64,000 nt of DNA from Octopus vulgaris (lineage: Eukaryota). The notes below the pieces were generated by a model. It saw only the letters and a program-made list of their open reading frames with translations. It had not been told where the DNA came from and searched no databases. This document shows positions 62,981-64,000 of this stretch, in pieces (position 1 is the stretch's first letter; each line of letters opens with the position of its first letter). Both the position numbers and the translations under genes were made by a program. Location: the NCBI GenBank assembly GCA_951406725.2, contig OX597833.1, positions 11,098,001 to 11,162,000 of the forward strand. Direction: 5' to 3'.

Positions 62981-63768
62981 TATTTATATATAAAAGAAAG
63001 GTTGTGTGTCTGTCTACTCCGATTTAGATTCCTAATTACTCCCACATTTTGTGATGCAGTTTAACCAAAAGCGGGTATCTTATAGTCGTGATTCATATCG
63101 AGCCCTTCTGGGTATTAGCGCGCGTCTACGATGAGTCTACGATTTTAAAAATAATTTACCATCATTTTTTTCCATTTTAATGCATTTTTTCGCTATTGTA
63201 TAAGGGAAGTAACTCTCTAAAAATGTCTACGATGAGTCAACGATTTAAAAAAAATTTACCATAATTTTTTTTCCAATTTTAATGCATTTTTTTTGCTATT
63301 TTTTGGCTATAACTCTCTAAAAATGCATTATAGTTATTTCCCTTACAAACCCGAGTAACGCCGGGCGATACTGCTAGTCTTTATATATAAAAGTGAAGTT
63401 GTGTGTCTGTCTCCTACGATTTAGATTCCTAACTACTCCCACATTTTGCGATGCAGTTTAACCAAAACCGGGTATCTTATAGTCGTGATTCATATCGAGC
63501 CTTTCTGGGTATTAGCGCGCGTCTACGATGAGTCTACGATTTAAAAAAAAAATTACCATCATTTTTTTCCATTTTAATGCATATTTTTTTAAATAAAGGG
63601 AAGTAACTCTCTAAAAATGTCTGATGAGTCAACGATTTAAAAAAGAATTTGCCATAATTTTTTTTCCATTTTTAATGCATTTTTTGCTATTTTTTGGCTA
63701 TAACTCTCTAAAAATGCTTCATAGTTATTTACCTTACAAACCCGAGCAACACCGGGCGATACTGCTAG
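62981..63768 (+). mobile_element. Two head-to-tail non-autonomous Helitrons (62981-63377, 63378-63768)
   Basis: Precise CTAG|TC junction at 63377/63378. Confidence 0.85.
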
Positions 63769-64000
63769 TAAATAATAAACTAAGAGAGTGCACGGACTTT
63801 TCTACTGGATTTCACGTTTGCTGTATCTTTTCACCTATAGGCTCAGTGACATATATATATCCCGTATACCCAAACGTCTCTCTCATTATTGCTCTTTCTA
63901 AGTATACATATATGTATGTATCTGTGAGTATGTGTATACTCTCTCTTTCACTTGTTTCAGTCATTTGACTGCGGCCATGCTGGAGCACCGCCTTTAGTCG

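Overview
AT-rich, repeat-dense eukaryotic DNA. The SINE families and (TATG)n/(TA)n microsatellite load suggest a cephalopod (Octopus) genome; this is an inference. The only host genes are three paralogs of a four-exon gene for a ~253-aa protein with an N-terminal hydrophobic anchor and a Cys-rich 'short-chain collagen C4'-type C-terminal domain. Copy A is on the minus strand (24853->4149). Copy B is on the plus strand (31450->43314), head-to-head with A. Copy C is on the plus strand (from 53221, last exon beyond the window). A and B are a patchwork of identical and ~75-90% identical blocks, suggesting gene conversion. The rest is transposon-derived: four tRNA-headed SINE families, a 12-unit tandem array of SINE heads, non-autonomous Helitrons, Tc1, mariner, hAT and MULE relics, a 5'-truncated LINE, and RLE-type (HERO/R4-like) and Penelope-like fragments. 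The most notable hunt result is a set of hammerhead-ribozyme core motifs. Besides degenerate type-I copies inside long perfect palindromes and next to a Penelope fragment, six sites in several unrelated repeats carry the core in a permuted order (UH-stem I...GAAA-stem III...stem I'-CUGANGA) with complementary stems. Most long ORFs in the supplied track are microsatellite artefacts.
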